Assembly (NCBI GenBank): GCA_945870865.1
Contig: CAMBTO010000001.1
Coordinates: forward strand, 79,487-143,486
Origin: Klebsiella pneumoniae
GTDB lineage: Bacteria > Pseudomonadota > Gammaproteobacteria > Eutrophobiales > Eutrophobiaceae
Direction of reading: 5' to 3'
DNA: 64,000 bases
A model generated the notes under the pieces. The model was not told the DNA's origin. It made no database searches and worked only from the letters and a program-made list of their open reading frames with translations. Both the position numbers and the translations under genes were made by a program. This document shows positions 51,405 to 62,151 of the stretch, piece after piece. Each line of letters starts with the position of its first letter. Positions within the stretch are counted from its first letter, which is position 1.

Positions 51405-51674
51405 GTGCAGCACAAGGAAATCACCATCATCAACAAGCTGGGTTTGCATGCACGTGCTGCGGCAAAACTGGTACAAACTGCGTCCGCTTTTTCCAGCGAG
51501 ATATCCGTGGCGCATAATAGCAAGAAGGTAGGCGGTAAAAGTATCATGGGCATCATGATGCTTGCAGCCTCCCGTGGGACAACCCTGGAAATCATTACCG
51601 CCGGCACGGATGAACACGAAGCGATGCAGGCACTGGAAACCCTGATACTCGACCGGTTTGGCGAGGGCGAATGA
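51405..51674 (+). CDS. ptsO: HPr/NPr phosphocarrier
   Basis: NKLGLHARAAAKLV (His15) and KSIMG (Ser46). Confidence 0.88.
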   Translation: MQHKEITIINKLGLHARAAAKLVQTASAFSSEISVAHNSKKVGGKSIMGIMMLAASRGTTLEIITAGTDEHEAMQALETLILDRFGEGE

Positions 51675-51748
51675 TGTCCGGCCCGTCACAATCTTGCGAC
51701 AAATAATCTGGTCGTTTGACAAGTAACAACGCTAACCGGCAGTTCAGG

Positions 51749-52096
51749 CTACCATTCGAATAGTACCCACTGCGGCACCACGACATCATCACCCAACTTG
51801 CTGGTCCGAAACTCCATCATCCCGTCACCATCCCGATCCATCAGATAATAGGGCACGCCGGCGGATGGTGTAATCTTGACCATATACAACCTCCCGTTCA
51901 CCCTGTACTCCTCTACGGTCGAGTTCTCTTTCTGCAGAATAGTGACCTCGGGTTCTATCGGCTCTCCACTCTGCAACGGCTCGGGTATATCCGGCGGTGG
52001 AGGGACGGCATCGAGCGGGGCTTCGGTATTGTCCTGGGCAGACGCCATATTTGCGAGCACCAGAACCATAAACAGCGATAAGGCGAGTTTTTTCAT
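51749..52096 (-). CDS. DUF2782 family exported protein
   Basis: Signal peptide; EPEVTI, EEYRVNGRLYMVKITP, PYYL, PQWVLFEW. Confidence 0.85.
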   Translation of the reverse strand: MKKLALSLFMVLVLANMASAQDNTEAPLDAVPPPPDIPEPLQSGEPIEPEVTILQKENSTVEEYRVNGRLYMVKITPSAGVPYYLMDRDGDGMMEFRTSKLGDDVVVPQWVLFEW

Positions 52097-52123
52097 TTCT
52101 TGTCCCTCTGTCCAAACTTTCGG

Positions 52124-52828
52124 TTAACCATCTATTTTTACAGCACTGGCCGCTTCAGTTCCGCCTTCATAATAGGTCAATATAGCGCTGACGACTTGAT
52201 GTGGATCATCTATCACTGTGATCAACCGCAGATCCTACGCTGTGAGCATATTTCCCGCCAGCATCCGGGTTCTGATCCAGCCGAGCAAGCATTGCCAGCG
52301 CTCACTGTTCATCAGGATTATCGGTATCCGCCTACTCTTCCCGGTTTGGGTGAGTGTAAGAATTTCCGCCAACTCGTCCAGTGTGCCAAAACCACCCGGA
52401 AACACTACGTAGGCACAGGCATATTTGACAAACATGACCTTGCGACTGAAAAAATGTCGAAAATTGAGCGACAGGTCCTGATATTTATTCGAAACTTGCT
52501 CGTGCGGCAAGGTGATATTCAGACCTACACTCTTCGACTTGCCGGCGTAAGCACCCTTGTTAAACGCCTCCATCATGCCGAGACCGCCCCCGGTGACCAC
52601 ACTGAATCCGGCATCGGACAACAATCTCGCCAGCCCTTATCCCTGTTTGTAATTATCATAATCGGGTGAGGTCCGCGTCGACCCAAACATACTGACAGAC
52701 GGCTGGATTCCGGCGAGTTTCTCATAGCCCTCGAGAAACTCTGCCATAATCTGGAAGACCTTCCAGGATTCGGCCGAGAGGTCAGCGCCGGTCACCGGAA
52801 GATGGGCAGAATCATGTTTCTCATTCAT
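52124..52828 (-). pseudogene. LOG family (TIGR00730) nucleotide phosphoribohydrolase with two in-frame stops
   Basis: SWKVFQIMAEF, FRHFFSRKVMFVKY and PGGFGTLDE lie in one frame with TAA at 52637-52639 and TAG at 52235-52237; the frame continues DLRLITVIDDP to TAA at 52124-52126. Confidence 0.88.
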
Positions 52829-52869
52829 AATAGGACTCCCATCCTGCTAATTTGATCTTTCAATAACTG

Positions 52870-55572
52870 ATGACACAACAAACTCTGGTCCTCGTTGACG
52901 GCTCCTACTATCTGTTCCGGGCCTATCATGCCATGCCGGCATTCACGAATTCGGCCGGGGAACCCACTGGCGCAATTTATGGTGTGCTCAATATGCTCCA
53001 TAAACTGCGTAATGATTACAACCCGGACTACTTTGCCGTGGTATTCGATGCGAAGGGAAAGAACTTTCGCAATGACTGGTATCCCGAATACAAGGCACAC
53101 CGACCTCCGGTACCGGAGGAGCTGACGGGCCAGATAGCCCCGCTGCATGAGATTATACACGCCGAAGGATATCCCCTGCTTGTCATTGATGATGTAGAGG
53201 CTGACGATGTGATTGCGACACTTGCCACCCGTGCGGCCGCCCACGGTATACGCACGATCATCTCGACCGGGGACAAGGATCTTGCCCAGATTGTGGATGA
53301 CAACATCAATCTGATCAACACAATGACCAACAAGCTGCTTGATCGTGCGGGTGTGATAGAAAAGTTCGGTGTACCGCCCGAGCGGATAGTGGACTATCTT
53401 ACCCTGGTCGGTGATACCGCAGATAACGTTCCGGGCGTTCCCAACGTTGGTCCGAAAACAGCGGCAAAATGGTTGGGGCTCTATGGCTCGCTTGATGATG
53501 TGATTCACAATGCCGGGCAAATCAGCGGCAAGGTCGGTGAAAACCTGCGTGCCAGCATCGACCAACTTGACCTCGGCAGGCGGCTGGTGACATTAAAACT
53601 GGATGTGGTGCTGGATCGGGAATTTGACAGCCTGCAGGTTTCGACTCCTGATTACGAGACGCTGGCCAGATGTTACAAACGTTGGGAGTTCCGGACCTGG
53701 CTCGCACAACTTCCGGGCAATAACGATAGTCCGACCAGACCGGTTTCGCCCGTCACCACGACCAGCGCCTGCTATGAAACCATCAATACGACCTCGGCGC
53801 TGGATAACTGGATAACCCGGCTGCAACAGGCGCCATTGTTTGCCTTCGACACCGAAACCACCAGCCTGAACTATATGAATGCCGAAATCGTCGGCCTCTC
53901 GTTTGCTATTGCGCCTGGCCATGCGGCCTATGTGCCCGTTGCGCATGATTACGCAGGGGCGCCGACCCAACTGCCCCGGCAGGTTGTGCTCGAAAAGCTG
54001 CGCCCGCTCCTGTGTTCGGCAGACCACCACAAGCTTGGCCATAACCTCAAATACGACCGGAATGTGCTGGGCAATTACGGAATTGACCTGGCCGGGATTC
54101 GCCATGATTCAATGTTACAGTCATATGTGCTGGACAGCACGGCCAGCCGTCATGATATGGACTCACTCGCCCTGAAATTGCTCGACTACAAGACCATTCA
54201 TTACGAGGACGTGGCAGGTAAGGGGGCCAAACAGGTGTGTTTTGATCAGGTCCCGGTAGAGACGGCGGCAACCTATGCTGCTGAGGACGCTGACATTACG
54301 CTGCAATTACATAACAAACAATGGCCGGTTTTGAGTGCGCAGGATAGCCAGAGACAGCTATATGAGCAAATAGAAATACCGCTGATCACCATCCTCTCCA
54401 ACATGGAACGGGCCGGTGTTCTGATTGATTCAAACATGCTTGCAAGCCAGGGCGCAGTGTTGTCGCTGCGCATGGAACAGATTGATGCCGAGGCACAACA
54501 GCTGGCCGGTGAGCCCTTCAATATCAGCTCACCGCGCCAGATCCAGACTATATTGTACGAAAAGATGGGGCTGCCGGTGCTGGAAAAAACACCGACCGGC
54601 CAGCCATCCACAGCCGAATCCGTACTGCAGGAGCTGGCGGCAGAACATGCCCTGCCGCAACTTATACTTGAGTATCGCGGCATGAGTAAACTGAAGTCCA
54701 CCTATACCGACCGCCTCCCCGAACAGATAAATGCCAGCACTGGCAGGGTGCATACGTCCTATCACCAGGCCGTCGCATCCACCGGGCGCCTCTCCTCATC
54801 AGACCCCAACCTGCAAAACATTCCGGTCCGTTCTGCAGAAGGCAGGAAAATCCGGCAGGCGTTCATCGCCCCGCCTGGCTGGGTACTGGTCGCTGCAGAC
54901 TATTCACAGATCGAACTGCGTATCATGGCGCACCTGTCAGGTGACCCGGCGCTGCTCGCCGCTTTTTCGCGAAACGAGGACATCCACAAGGCCACTGCGG
55001 CGGAAATTTTTGGTCTCGATCCGTTTGCAGTGAACAACGAGCAACGCCGGTCGGCCAAGGCCATCAATTTCGGCCTAATCTACGGCATGTCTGCCTTTGG
55101 GCTGGCACGCCAGCTGTGCATAGAACGGGACAAGGCGCGGATCTGGGTCGATCGATATTTCGAACGTTACCCCGCCGTAAAAAACTATATGGACCGGACC
55201 CGGACCCAGGCAAAACAGGACGGTTTTGTGGAGACGGTATTCAAGCGCAGACTGTATTTACCTGAAATCAATTCCCGCAATGCAGCACGTCGCCAGTATG
55301 CAGAGCGAACAGCTATCAATGCGCCCATGCAAGGTACAGCCGCTGACATTATCAAGCGAGCAATGATCGACATAGACCGTCATATCTTGTCGGTTTCTGA
55401 CCATATCCGCATGATTATGCAGGTTCATGACGAGCTGGTTTTCGAGATAAAACAGGAGCATGTTGAAGTGCTGGTCCCTGAGATCAGGAAAATTATGTCT
55501 ACGGTTCCCGAGCTGGATGTACCGGTACTGGTTGAAATCGGCATGGGCCAAAACTGGGATGAAGCACATTAA
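52870..55572 (+). CDS. polA: DNA polymerase I
   Basis: LVDGSYYLFRAYHA, FDTETT, DYSQIELR, AKAINFGLIYG, QVHDELVFE. Confidence 0.98.
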   Translation: MTQQTLVLVDGSYYLFRAYHAMPAFTNSAGEPTGAIYGVLNMLHKLRNDYNPDYFAVVFDAKGKNFRNDWYPEYKAHRPPVPEELTGQIAPLHEIIHAEGYPLLVIDDVEADDVIATLATRAAAHGIRTIISTGDKDLAQIVDDNINLINTMTNKLLDRAGVIEKFGVPPERIVDYLTLVGDTADNVPGVPNVGPKTAAKWLGLYGSLDDVIHNAGQISGKVGENLRASIDQLDLGRRLVTLKLDVVLDREFDSLQVSTPDYETLARCYKRWEFRTWLAQLPGNNDSPTRPVSPVTTTSACYETINTTSALDNWITRLQQAPLFAFDTETTSLNYMNAEIVGLSFAIAPGHAAYVPVAHDYAGAPTQLPRQVVLEKLRPLLCSADHHKLGHNLKYDRNVLGNYGIDLAGIRHDSMLQSYVLDSTASRHDMDSLALKLLDYKTIHYEDVAGKGAKQVCFDQVPVETAATYAAEDADITLQLHNKQWPVLSAQDSQRQLYEQIEIPLITILSNMERAGVLIDSNMLASQGAVLSLRMEQIDAEAQQLAGEPFNISSPRQIQTILYEKMGLPVLEKTPTGQPSTAESVLQELAAEHALPQLILEYRGMSKLKSTYTDRLPEQINASTGRVHTSYHQAVASTGRLSSSDPNLQNIPVRSAEGRKIRQAFIAPPGWVLVAADYSQIELRIMAHLSGDPALLAAFSRNEDIHKATAAEIFGLDPFAVNNEQRRSAKAINFGLIYGMSAFGLARQLCIERDKARIWVDRYFERYPAVKNYMDRTRTQAKQDGFVETVFKRRLYLPEINSRNAARRQYAERTAINAPMQGTAADIIKRAMIDIDRHILSVSDHIRMIMQVHDELVFEIKQEHVEVLVPEIRKIMSTVPELDVPVLVEIGMGQNWDEAH

Positions 55573-55713
55573 AATGTGCCGGAATCTATCTATTAAAAAA
55601 ATTTTCAGGCTTAGCTGTTACTATGCTAACATTTAGAAAAGTACACCCGTAATCTGGGGCTTATAAATCTTTAACACTATCTGAAAACTGTTCAAGATCA
55701 TCAGGAATCACCC

Positions 55714-56457
55714 GTGTTGTTAATACCCGCAATCGATATCAAGGACGGAAAATGTGTCCGTCTTCGTCAAGGACGCATGGACGATGAAACCGTCTATGGC
55801 AATAGCCCGCTGGACGTGGCCGCAAGATGGGTACAGGAAGGCGCCAGACGTTTGCATATAGTGGACCTGAACGGTGCGGTCTCCGGTAAACCCGGTAATG
55901 CGGACATCATCCATAACATTGCCGAGACCTTCCCGGACATTATCCTGCAAGTCGGTGGCGGCATACGCCATGAGGATACTATCCAGACCTATCTGGATGC
56001 AGGCGTAAATTACGTTATTATCGGCACCCGCGCTGTAACCACACCGCATTTTGTTTCAGATGTATGCCTGGAATTCCCTGGACATGTAATCGTCGGCTTG
56101 GATGCGCGTGACGGCAAACTGGCAACAGAAGGCTGGTCCAAGCTGTCAAACCATGATGTGGTAGATCTGGGGCGCCGGTTTGAAGACGACGGCGTAGTCT
56201 CAATCATTTTTACCGATATCGGACGTGACGGTATGATGAACGCTGTCAATATTGAAGCCACACTGAACCTGTGTCGCCAGATAACCATTCCGGTAATTGC
56301 CTCAGGCGGTATCGGTAGCATGGAGGATATCAAGGCGCTTTGCGCCATTGCCTCCGAAGGGATAGAAGGAGCGATAACGGGGCGGGCCATATATGAAGGT
56401 GCTCTCGACTTTGCTGAAGCACAAAAATACATAAATGCACATTACAAAAAAACCTGA
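55714..56457 (+). CDS. hisA: ProFAR isomerase
   Basis: [32 protein letters not shown]. Confidence 0.96.
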   Translation: MLLIPAIDIKDGKCVRLRQGRMDDETVYGNSPLDVAARWVQEGARRLHIVDLNGAVSGKPGNADIIHNIAETFPDIILQVGGGIRHEDTIQTYLDAGVNYVIIGTRAVTTPHFVSDVCLEFPGHVIVGLDARDGKLATEGWSKLSNHDVVDLGRRFEDDGVVSIIFTDIGRDGMMNAVNIEATLNLCRQITIPVIASGGIGSMEDIKALCAIASEGIEGAITGRAIYEGALDFAEAQKYINAHYKKT

Positions 56458-56466
56458 TTTGGCCAC

Positions 56467-57240
56467 ATGAGTCTGGCAAAACGGGTTATTCCCTGCCTGG
56501 ATGTAGATGCCGGCAGGGTAGTCAAAGGGGTTCGATTTGTTGATATATGCGATGCCGGCGACCCCGTTGAAATAGCCCGACGCTACGACGAACAGGGTGC
56601 CGATGAAATTACCTTCCTTGATATAACCGCCAGTAGTGATAATCGCTCCACCATGGTTCAACTAGTTGAGGCCGTCGCTGGTCAGGTATTTATCCCGCTG
56701 ACCGTCGGTGGCGGTATCCGTACCATTGAAGATATCCGCCGGATGCTTATTGCCGGCGCGGACAAGGTCAGTATCAACTCCGCCGCGATACAGACCCCGG
56801 AGTTTGTCCGGCAGGCATCTCGTGAGTTTGGCGCACAGTGTATAGTCGTGGCCATTGATGCAAAACAGACCGGTTCCAATCCGACGCAGCCATACTGGGA
56901 AGTATTCACCCACGGTGGCAGACGTAATACCGGCATCAATGCGATTGAATGGGCCATCCAGGCTGAACAACTGGGCGCAGGTGAAATCCTGCTAACCAGC
57001 ATGGACCGCGACGGTACCCGTAATGGCTTTGATCTGGCGCTGACCAGCGCGGTCAGCCGTGCTGTTTCCATACCGGTAATCGCCTCGGGAGGTGTCGGCA
57101 ATCTGCAGCATCTGGTCGACGGAATTCTTGAGGGCCAGGCGGATGCCGTACTCGCGGCCAGTATCTTTCATTTCGGTGAACACACGATAAAAGAGGCGAA
57201 AACGCTGATGGCTAGACATTCCATCGCGGTGCGATTGTAA
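56467..57240 (+). CDS. hisF: Imidazole glycerol phosphate synthase cyclase subunit
   Basis: [30 protein letters not shown]. Confidence 0.97.
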   Translation: MSLAKRVIPCLDVDAGRVVKGVRFVDICDAGDPVEIARRYDEQGADEITFLDITASSDNRSTMVQLVEAVAGQVFIPLTVGGGIRTIEDIRRMLIAGADKVSINSAAIQTPEFVRQASREFGAQCIVVAIDAKQTGSNPTQPYWEVFTHGGRRNTGINAIEWAIQAEQLGAGEILLTSMDRDGTRNGFDLALTSAVSRAVSIPVIASGGVGNLQHLVDGILEGQADAVLAASIFHFGEHTIKEAKTLMARHSIAVRL

Positions 57241-57242
57241 AC

Positions 57243-57641
57243 ATGAATTATCCGGAATGGATTAACGCTATAAAATGGGGCGGTGACGGCCTGGTACCTG
57301 CGGTTGCCCAGGATTACCAGACCGGCACCTTGCTAACCCAGGCCTGGATGAACCGTGAGGCCCTGGAAAAAACCTTGCAGCTGAGTCGTGCCGTATACTG
57401 GTCGCGTTCACGGAAGCAGCTCTGGATCAAGGGCGAGGTCTCCGGTCACGTTCAGGAAGTCAGCGAGATCCGGACCGACTGCGACAGGGATACCATCCTG
57501 TTGCTGGTGAAACAGGTCGGCGGTATTGCCTGTCATACTGGTCGCTACAGCTGTTTTTTTAATCGGCTGGAAAACGGGCGCTGGGTAGAGGTTGAGCCGG
57601 TCATTCGTGAGCCGGAGCAGATTTACGGCCAGCACGAATAA
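57243..57641 (+). CDS. hisI: Phosphoribosyl-AMP cyclohydrolase
   Basis: [27 protein letters not shown]. Confidence 0.96.
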   Translation: MNYPEWINAIKWGGDGLVPAVAQDYQTGTLLTQAWMNREALEKTLQLSRAVYWSRSRKQLWIKGEVSGHVQEVSEIRTDCDRDTILLLVKQVGGIACHTGRYSCFFNRLENGRWVEVEPVIREPEQIYGQHE

Positions 57642-57663
57642 TACTGACTGGAAGCGAATAGCT

Positions 57664-57990
57664 ATGACAACGACACTCGACAAAATCAGTGCTGTACTGG
57701 AACAAAGGAAACAGGGCGATCCTGAATCCTCCTATGTTTCCAGTCTGTATCATCGCGGAACCGACGCAATCCTGAAAAAAATAGGTGAGGAGGCGACCGA
57801 GGTCATTATTGCCGCAAAAAACCCTGATAAACAGGCAGTTATTCATGAAATGGCAGACCTCTGGTTTCACTCGTTGATCCTGTTAAGTGCGCTGGATCTG
57901 AAACCGTCAGACATACTGGCAGAGCTGGATCGAAGGTCTGGTGTTTCCGGTCTGAAAGAAAAGCAGAATCGCCAAAAGAAACAGGTATAA
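57664..57990 (+). CDS. hisE: Phosphoribosyl-ATP diphosphatase
   Basis: SSYV, KKIGEEATE, EMADLWFH. Confidence 0.95.
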   Translation: MTTTLDKISAVLEQRKQGDPESSYVSSLYHRGTDAILKKIGEEATEVIIAAKNPDKQAVIHEMADLWFHSLILLSALDLKPSDILAELDRRSGVSGLKEKQNRQKKQV

Positions 57991-58029
57991 TCTGATACTT
58001 GCCATTCTGGAGTGATTTGGAGGAAATTT

Positions 58030-58266
58030 ATGGGAATCAGCATTCCACAACTACTGATAATTCTGTTGATCACAGCCCTGTTGTTCGGCACAAAAAAGCT
58101 GAAAAATATAGGCAGCGATCTGGGTTCCGCACTGAAAGGATTCAAGAAGGCCATGCTTGATGATGAGCACGTATCCGCCGATACTGAAACCGGCAAGTTG
58201 CAGGACAAGGTGAACGACACCGCTCAAGAAACAAGTCAGACCCGTAAAAACGAGGAACAGGTTTGA
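58030..58266 (+). CDS. tatA: TatA
   Basis: [11 protein letters not shown]...[15 protein letters not shown]. Confidence 0.93.
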   Translation: MGISIPQLLIILLITALLFGTKKLKNIGSDLGSALKGFKKAMLDDEHVSADTETGKLQDKVNDTAQETSQTRKNEEQV

Positions 58267-58347
58267 TCGCAGTGTCTGCTTTTTCCTTGCCTGTAAAACC
58301 CGCATTACCCTGCAGACAGCGTCTTATAGCCTGACGGATCATCGCCA

Positions 58348-58647
58348 TTGTTTGATATCAGTTTCTGGGAGCTTGCCGTAGTCGGTGTCATTGCCTTGCT
58401 TGTTGTCGGGCCTGAAAAGCTTCCTGTGCTGGTGCGTGATGTCAGTAAATGGGCGCGGAAAATCCGTCGCATCGTCACTGAAACACGCTATGAACTTGAG
58501 CGTGAGTTTGATTTTGAGGAAGAGCGTCGCAAACTGAACAGCCAGAAACGAAACCTGCGCGGCGCAATCGACGAACTGGACGAGCTGATGGAGATCGCCC
58601 CTGACAAGGACCCTGACAATAAAAAAAAGCAGGACCTGCCAGGATAA
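58348..58647 (+). CDS. tatB: TatB
   Basis: TTG start, FDISFWEL...VVGPEKLP. Confidence 0.9.
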   Translation: MFDISFWELAVVGVIALLVVGPEKLPVLVRDVSKWARKIRRIVTETRYELEREFDFEEERRKLNSQKRNLRGAIDELDELMEIAPDKDPDNKKKQDLPG

Positions 58648-58660
58648 GTGAACCAGTTCC

Positions 58661-59425
58661 ATGAGCCAGGACGACCAAACCACGCAGCCGGAGTCAGACC
58701 ATGAACAGCCTTTAATATCCCATCTGGCTGAGCTGAGGACCCGGCTGATAAACGCCTTGCTGGGTGTTACCGTGGTTTTCCTGTGTCTGGCACCCTTCTC
58801 CACTGAAATCTATCACTTCATTGCTACACCGTTGATCAGCAAACTACCGGCGGGTACCAACATGATTGCAACCGAGGTAGCCTCCCCGTTTCTGGTCCCG
58901 TTCAAACTGACCATGTATGCCGCTGTATTTATCACGATGCCATACCTGCTCTACCAGATATGGTCATTTATTGCCCCCGGGCTGTATAAAACCGAAAAGC
59001 GTTTCGCCATCCCGTTGCTGGCATCCAGCATACTCCTGTTCTATGCAGGAACAGCCTTTGCCTACTTCGTCGTATTTCCGCTGGTTTTTGCCTTTTTTGC
59101 CTCGGTTACACCGGAAGGCGTAGCCATGATGACCGACATTAGTCATTATCTCGATTTTATCCTGAAGATGTTTTTTTCTTTCGGTCTGGCATTTGAGGTC
59201 CCGATTGCCACCATCTTACTGGTAGCAACGGGCATGGCCACGGTTGAAGGTATGAAGGAAAAACGTCCCTATATCATCATCGGCGCCTTTGTTATAGGCA
59301 TGATACTGACCCCGCCGGACGTGTTGTCCCAGTTTTTACTCGCTACACCGATGCTGGTGCTGTTTGAACTGGGGCTATATTTCAGCCGTTATTTTGTCAC
59401 GGACAAAAAACAGGAAGACAACTGA
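58661..59425 (+). CDS. tatC: TatC
   Basis: PLISHLAELRTRL, FIAPGLY, FGLAFEVP, LTPPDV. Confidence 0.96.
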   Translation: MSQDDQTTQPESDHEQPLISHLAELRTRLINALLGVTVVFLCLAPFSTEIYHFIATPLISKLPAGTNMIATEVASPFLVPFKLTMYAAVFITMPYLLYQIWSFIAPGLYKTEKRFAIPLLASSILLFYAGTAFAYFVVFPLVFAFFASVTPEGVAMMTDISHYLDFILKMFFSFGLAFEVPIATILLVATGMATVEGMKEKRPYIIIGAFVIGMILTPPDVLSQFLLATPMLVLFELGLYFSRYFVTDKKQEDN

Positions 59426-59441
59426 GCGCCCGCGTGTCGGC

Positions 59442-59870
59442 CTATCCCTGTCTCCATGGTAGACAATGATATCGCCAGCCGTTCAGGTTTCCCCGCGGCC
59501 CACTCGCATCCAGATCACCCTCAACTCCCCCGGCAAGATTAATCACCGAGACAAATCCGTTTTCTGCCAGGCAGATTGCGGCCGCCAGAGAACGTTTACC
59601 ACTCCGGCACATGGCCAGGATCGTCATCTGCTCCGGCGGAACAACACGGCCAGGCATGGCCTCAAGGGTCTGGCGTACCTTGCTGACAAACCCGGGGTCT
59701 ATCTTCCATTCAGGAAGTTCCTGCCAGGCTATATTAATAGCCGATACGGGATGGCCCACATATTCAAATTCGAATCGCGAACGCACATCGAGTAAAACAG
59801 CTGATTTGTCCACGTGTAGCCGTTCGAACGCCTGCGGCGGGTTAATTTCATTTATCTGGTTGCTGGGCAT
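59442..59870 (-). CDS. Rhodanese-like protein
   Basis: LLDVRS, GHP, CRSGKRS, LPWRQ. Confidence 0.88.
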   Translation of the reverse strand: MPSNQINEINPPQAFERLHVDKSAVLLDVRSRFEFEYVGHPVSAINIAWQELPEWKIDPGFVSKVRQTLEAMPGRVVPPEQMTILAMCRSGKRSLAAAICLAENGFVSVINLAGGVEGDLDASGPRGNLNGWRYHCLPWRQG

Positions 59871-60057
59871 ATGATTGCGGTTTGTATCCGGCCTTATCTG
59901 CTGGCAATTTCTGCATTATGCCAGTCATGCTGGCAAATAAAAACTGCCGCTACCGGCAATACTCCGTATCAAACATGTTAATCACAATGGCAGAATCCGG
60001 CCAAATGTGGTGCAATAAGCGTTTTCAGATTAATGACAGACCACAGGAGATTAAACG

Positions 60058-60978
60058 ATGTCGATGGATGACCGTGATGGTGTCATCTGGCTGGACGGCA
60101 AATTATTGCCCTGGCGTGATGCAAAGGTCCATGTACTGACCCACACTCTGCATTATGGCATGGGAGTATTTGAAGGCATCCGTGCCTACAGGAGCGCCAA
60201 CGGAACAGCGGTGTTCCGATTGGGCGAGCATTTGGACCGTTTATTTAATTCTGCGCACATCATGCGCATGCCGATGCCGTTCCCGAAACCGGAGGTTCGT
60301 CAGGCAATCCTGGATGTGTTGCGGGACAACAAACTCGCCTCGGCCTATATCAGACCCGTCTGTTTTTATGGCTCTGAAGGCATGGGGCTGCGCGCTGATA
60401 ATCTGAAAACCCATGTTGCAGTTGCTGCGTGGGAATGGGGCGCGTATCTGGGCCCCGAGGCCCTTGAGAAAGGTATCCGTATCAAGACATCTTCCTACAC
60501 GCGTCATCATGTAAATATATCAATGTGCAAGGCCAAGGCCAACGGTCACTACATCAACTCCATGCTGGCATTCCAGGAAGCGCATGAAAATGGTTACGAT
60601 GAGGCCATGTTGCTCGATAGCGACGGTTATGTTGCGGAAGGCAGCGCGGAAAATATCTTCATCGTCCGAAATGGCATCCTCTATACGCCTGATCTTACCT
60701 CCGCGCTCGAAGGCATCACCCGTGACAGTATTGTTGAGCTGGCCGGCAAATGTGGCTATACGGTCAGGGAAAAACGTATAACCCGTGATGAAGTCTATAT
60801 CGCAGATGAGGCATTTTTCACCGGAACCGCTGCCGAGGTAACGCCGATACGAGAGGTCGACAACCGTACGATAGGGGCCGGGACCCGCGGCCCGGTTACG
60901 ACCAGATTGCAGTCCCTCTACCTTGACTGTGTGAACGGCCGCAGCAAGGAACACATGGGCTGGTTGACTTTTGTATAA
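60058..60978 (+). CDS. ilvE: Branched-chain amino acid aminotransferase
   Basis: HTLHYGMGVFEGIR, KAKANG, EGSAEN, LEGITR, TGTAAEVTP. Confidence 0.96.
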   Translation: MSMDDRDGVIWLDGKLLPWRDAKVHVLTHTLHYGMGVFEGIRAYRSANGTAVFRLGEHLDRLFNSAHIMRMPMPFPKPEVRQAILDVLRDNKLASAYIRPVCFYGSEGMGLRADNLKTHVAVAAWEWGAYLGPEALEKGIRIKTSSYTRHHVNISMCKAKANGHYINSMLAFQEAHENGYDEAMLLDSDGYVAEGSAENIFIVRNGILYTPDLTSALEGITRDSIVELAGKCGYTVREKRITRDEVYIADEAFFTGTAAEVTPIREVDNRTIGAGTRGPVTTRLQSLYLDCVNGRSKEHMGWLTFV

Positions 60979-60999
60979 TCAATTCGGGTAATTACTGAT

Positions 61000-61197
61000 A
61001 TGGCTACCAGCTTGAAGGGCGAGAAAACGCCTAATGACAGGAGCACCTACGAAATCCGGCGCGGGGATCTCCCCCTGCATTGCCCGTTGCCGGAAATGAG
61101 CCTGTGGGACTCTCATCCCCGGGTTTACCTGCCGATTGAAAATACCGGCAAGGCGAAGTGTCCCTATTGCGGTACGGATTTTGTCCTGAAGGAATAA
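61000..61197 (+). CDS. zf-CHCC zinc-finger protein
   Basis: LHCP...SHPRVYL...CPYCG. Confidence 0.9.
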   Translation: MATSLKGEKTPNDRSTYEIRRGDLPLHCPLPEMSLWDSHPRVYLPIENTGKAKCPYCGTDFVLKE

Positions 61198-61209
61198 TCG
61201 GTTCCCGGT

Positions 61210-62151
61210 TTGAGCGTCCATCACAAGCCCATTAGCCTCTGGCGTATCTCCGATGGCAAGGCCGGACACGATGCCCAGAGCCTCGGGCTGACAACCGCGC
61301 TTGCCCGAATCGTAGGCTGTGAAATTTACGACATCCGTGTCGCACCACAAGCCGGGTACTGGTCTACCCTTTTGGGCCCGGTGCCAGACGCTACGCGCGA
61401 GCTGCCTGACCCGGACCTAATTATCGGCGCGGGACACAGGACGCATCTGCCGATGTTGAGGGCAAGACGTGCTCGCGGCGGACATATTATCATTATTATG
61501 AAACCTACGCTGCCCACCCGCTGGTTCGATCTCTGTTTTATCCCTGAACACGACCATCCACCTGACCAGACGAATATTAAAACAACAAAGGGAGCCATTA
61601 ACACTATCGTTCCGTCCCCTGTCTGTGATCCGGACAAAGGCCTGATTCTGATAGGCGGTCCGTCACGACATTACCGGTGGGATGAAAACAGGCTACTTTT
61701 GCAACTGCTGCATATTGCAGAGAGGTCCTCCATACGCTGGGAGGTGACCGATTCCCCGCGGACGCCGGACTCTACCCGAGTGCGACTGTCAAAAACTGTC
61801 AGCAATAATCTGGTTTTTACCCCGTATCACAAGACTCCACGCGACTGGGTTGGCGCACATCTACATACCTGCGGACAGGTCTGGGTGACAGAAGACAGTG
61901 TTTCCATGCTGTATGAAGCGCTGTCTTCCGGTAGTGCCGTCGGGCTGCTGGATGTGCCTGCCAGAAAAAACACTGGTCGTGTTACAATAGCCACGCGTCA
62001 CCTGGCAGATGAAGGCCTGATTACTACCTATGATCAATGGGCCTCAACTGGTTCGCTGAAACCTCCGGCAGCACCTTTGTATGAAGCCGACCGCTGTGCC
62101 CGAATTGTGGCAGAAAAATTTGTGCTACCTCTGCAGCAGTCTTTCGCATGA
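61210..62151 (+). CDS. ELM1/GtrOC1 family putative glycosyltransferase
   Basis: SDGKAGHDAQS, GAGHRTH, PEHD, LIGGPS, VTEDSVSMLYEALS. Confidence 0.88.
   Translation: MSVHHKPISLWRISDGKAGHDAQSLGLTTALARIVGCEIYDIRVAPQAGYWSTLLGPVPDATRELPDPDLIIGAGHRTHLPMLRARRARGGHIIIIMKPTLPTRWFDLCFIPEHDHPPDQTNIKTTKGAINTIVPSPVCDPDKGLILIGGPSRHYRWDENRLLLQLLHIAERSSIRWEVTDSPRTPDSTRVRLSKTVSNNLVFTPYHKTPRDWVGAHLHTCGQVWVTEDSVSMLYEALSSGSAVGLLDVPARKNTGRVTIATRHLADEGLITTYDQWASTGSLKPPAAPLYEADRCARIVAEKFVLPLQQSFA

Noticed and set aside
52235..52639. Stop-codon recoding in the LOG gene
   Set aside because: Two different stops (TAA and TAG), both used as normal terminators elsewhere in the window, with accompanying motif decay
58340..58360. 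Possible damaged tatB start (ATTGTTTGAT)
   Set aside because: TTG is a valid start codon and gives the canonical MFDI N-terminus
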